From Tubiluchus corallicola (taxonomy: Eukaryota > Animalia > Priapulida), in assembly GCA_030141605.1 (NCBI GenBank), contig JAQGDQ010000269.1:124001-188000 (forward strand): a stretch of DNA of 64,000 nucleotides, written 5' to 3'. The notes under the pieces were generated by a model, which was not told the DNA's origin, made no database searches, and saw nothing but the letters and a program-made list of their open reading frames with translations. Position numbers and translations under genes: made by a program. Position 1 is the first letter of the stretch. Every line of letters begins with the position of its first letter. Positions 51,971 through 64,000 of the stretch are shown in pieces.

Positions 51971-52520
51971 GTTCTGCAAATGGTTAGTGAATTTGTTTTG
52001 ACCTGTTATTTCAATAAGCAGCAAGTGCTCAAAGTATTCACTTACTGAATTGCCATTTGTTGGTCAGTTTTATACATGTGATAGCTAGCTGTTGATAGTA
52101 TTTTCAAGGTGAATAACAAAACGTTTTATAAGAAGACAATTTCAGAATCGTATTTTTTCTCAGAAACATTAAAAAGGTATAGTTATTGGGAAAAGTCAAC
52201 TTCATATATGCTGACAGTTGAGAATTTCACTGATGATGTCTTTTGTGTAATAAGGACAAAAATTAATCAACACTAATTTGTTTTCTCAAGCTTTTTCATC
52301 ATTAACCAATAATTTTGAAATCAATATTATAAATTAACTAATAATCCATGTACTCTGCTTTACTTGCTATCAGGGATTTGCTTTTCTGTAGAGGAACTAC
52401 TGTGTTAATGAATAATAGCTGTAATTTTTGCATTCAAGCAACCCATGTGCATATCTGTGATATTCTAATGACTCAACTGTCCATATCTACTTTTACACTA
52501 TATCTTTAATCCGCTCAATT

Positions 52521-52828
52521 ATGTCATTGCCATCTGGACATTATTACCTGGCAATCAGAAACAAATAATTCAAGGCAGATTTATAGCCAACAGCACATTT
52601 TTATAACCAACCCTTTGCCATTTTTAAGTTACAGTCGATTGAATGGCACAGATAGTTCAAGAATTGAAATGAATAAACTGTTGAACTCTTGAACTATCTG
52701 TGCCATTCAATCGACTCTAACTGAAAAATGGCAAGGGGTTGGTTATAATAACTGGTTGTTGATTATAAATGTGCCTTGAAATTTTCGTTTCTGGTTGCCA
52801 TATAATTACATCCAGATGGCAATGACAT
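52521..52828. repeat. ~310-bp imperfect palindrome (fold-back/MITE-like)
   Basis: Arms ATGTCATTGCCATCTGGA.. / ..TCCAGATGGCAATGACAT. Perfect 30-bp inner stem 52633-52662 / 52687-52716 with a 24-nt loop; TA at both ends. Confidence 0.9.
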
Positions 52829-53055
52829 ATTGACAACGTCACAAAATTGCGGCATGTTTATTTTTTCCAACAGAGGGCAGCAAAGAACAGGCGAACACGT
52901 GCCTTGATGTTATTGCAAAATTCAGAGCAGACTCAGCTAGACAGTCAGCTGACCAAACGTAGCGCAAGGAATGTTGTATGTGTTTGTTGTCGCAGTTTCC
53001 ATCATGTGAATAGTTATAAAAGTTTTGTAGATTAGTGCTTGCCGCTGGTGTAATT

Positions 53056-63603
<10,548 letters not shown>

Positions 63604-64000
63604 GTGAGTGACGCAGCAACGTGAACCGTGCTTTAGAAAAAGCAGATGCCTGAAAAATGAGAAGTTATCAATAAAAAATGTTGTCTTTGATTTCAGCGAG
63701 AAAATTCAACGTGGTACAGACGTAATTACGTATGTGCTTTGAGTGAATACGTTATATTCATTCTGTTCTATTCATTTAAAAGATGAATTATTGATAGTCT
63801 TAACTATAATTTCGTTGATTCGGTTCTTTAATTTTACTTTTAGCCTCTCAATTTTACAGTCACAATGCAACACGGTGATAATTACAGTACTCTGAACATT
63901 CGACCCCGGGGGAAGGACCCTGTGGTCAGTGGTCATCAAGCAGCTACCTCTATCAAATGAATTTTCAAAAAAGTCATTAGTAGAATAGTATTACACGAAG

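Overview
AT-rich, intron-rich metazoan (invertebrate-like) genomic DNA. Five protein-coding loci were reconstructed by hand from GT-AG exons. (1) The 3' part of an angiotensin-converting-enzyme (M2 peptidase) gene on + (<1 to ~13274), with an intact HEMGH zinc site and no visible transmembrane anchor. (2) LZTFL1/BBS17 on - (16273 to 26230, plus a probable ATG-only first exon at 29931-29933). (3) eIF4B on + (15 coding exons, 30266-48848, ~780 aa, 5'TOP-like start), head-to-head with LZTFL1. (4) An intronless non-aminergic class A GPCR nested antisense in eIF4B intron 1 (32445-33410). (5) The 5' part of an SH2B/Lnk adaptor gene on + (53056 to >63603). Introns carry many non-autonomous transposons (pogo/Tigger, hAT-like MITEs with 8-bp TSDs, Harbinger-like MITE, Helitron, CR1 fragment, tRNA-derived SINEs), 40-bp and 29-bp minisatellites, and microsatellites. 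The most unusual items are the nested GPCR with its duplicated 3' tail, a ~286-nt nested fold-back beside the donor of the frame-symmetric DRYG exon of eIF4B, a ~310-nt fold-back in front of the SH2B acceptor, and a pogo MITE pair with different internal fillers. No clearly novel multi-gene system is demonstrable from sequence alone. All gene identities rest on recalled family motifs, not on database searches.
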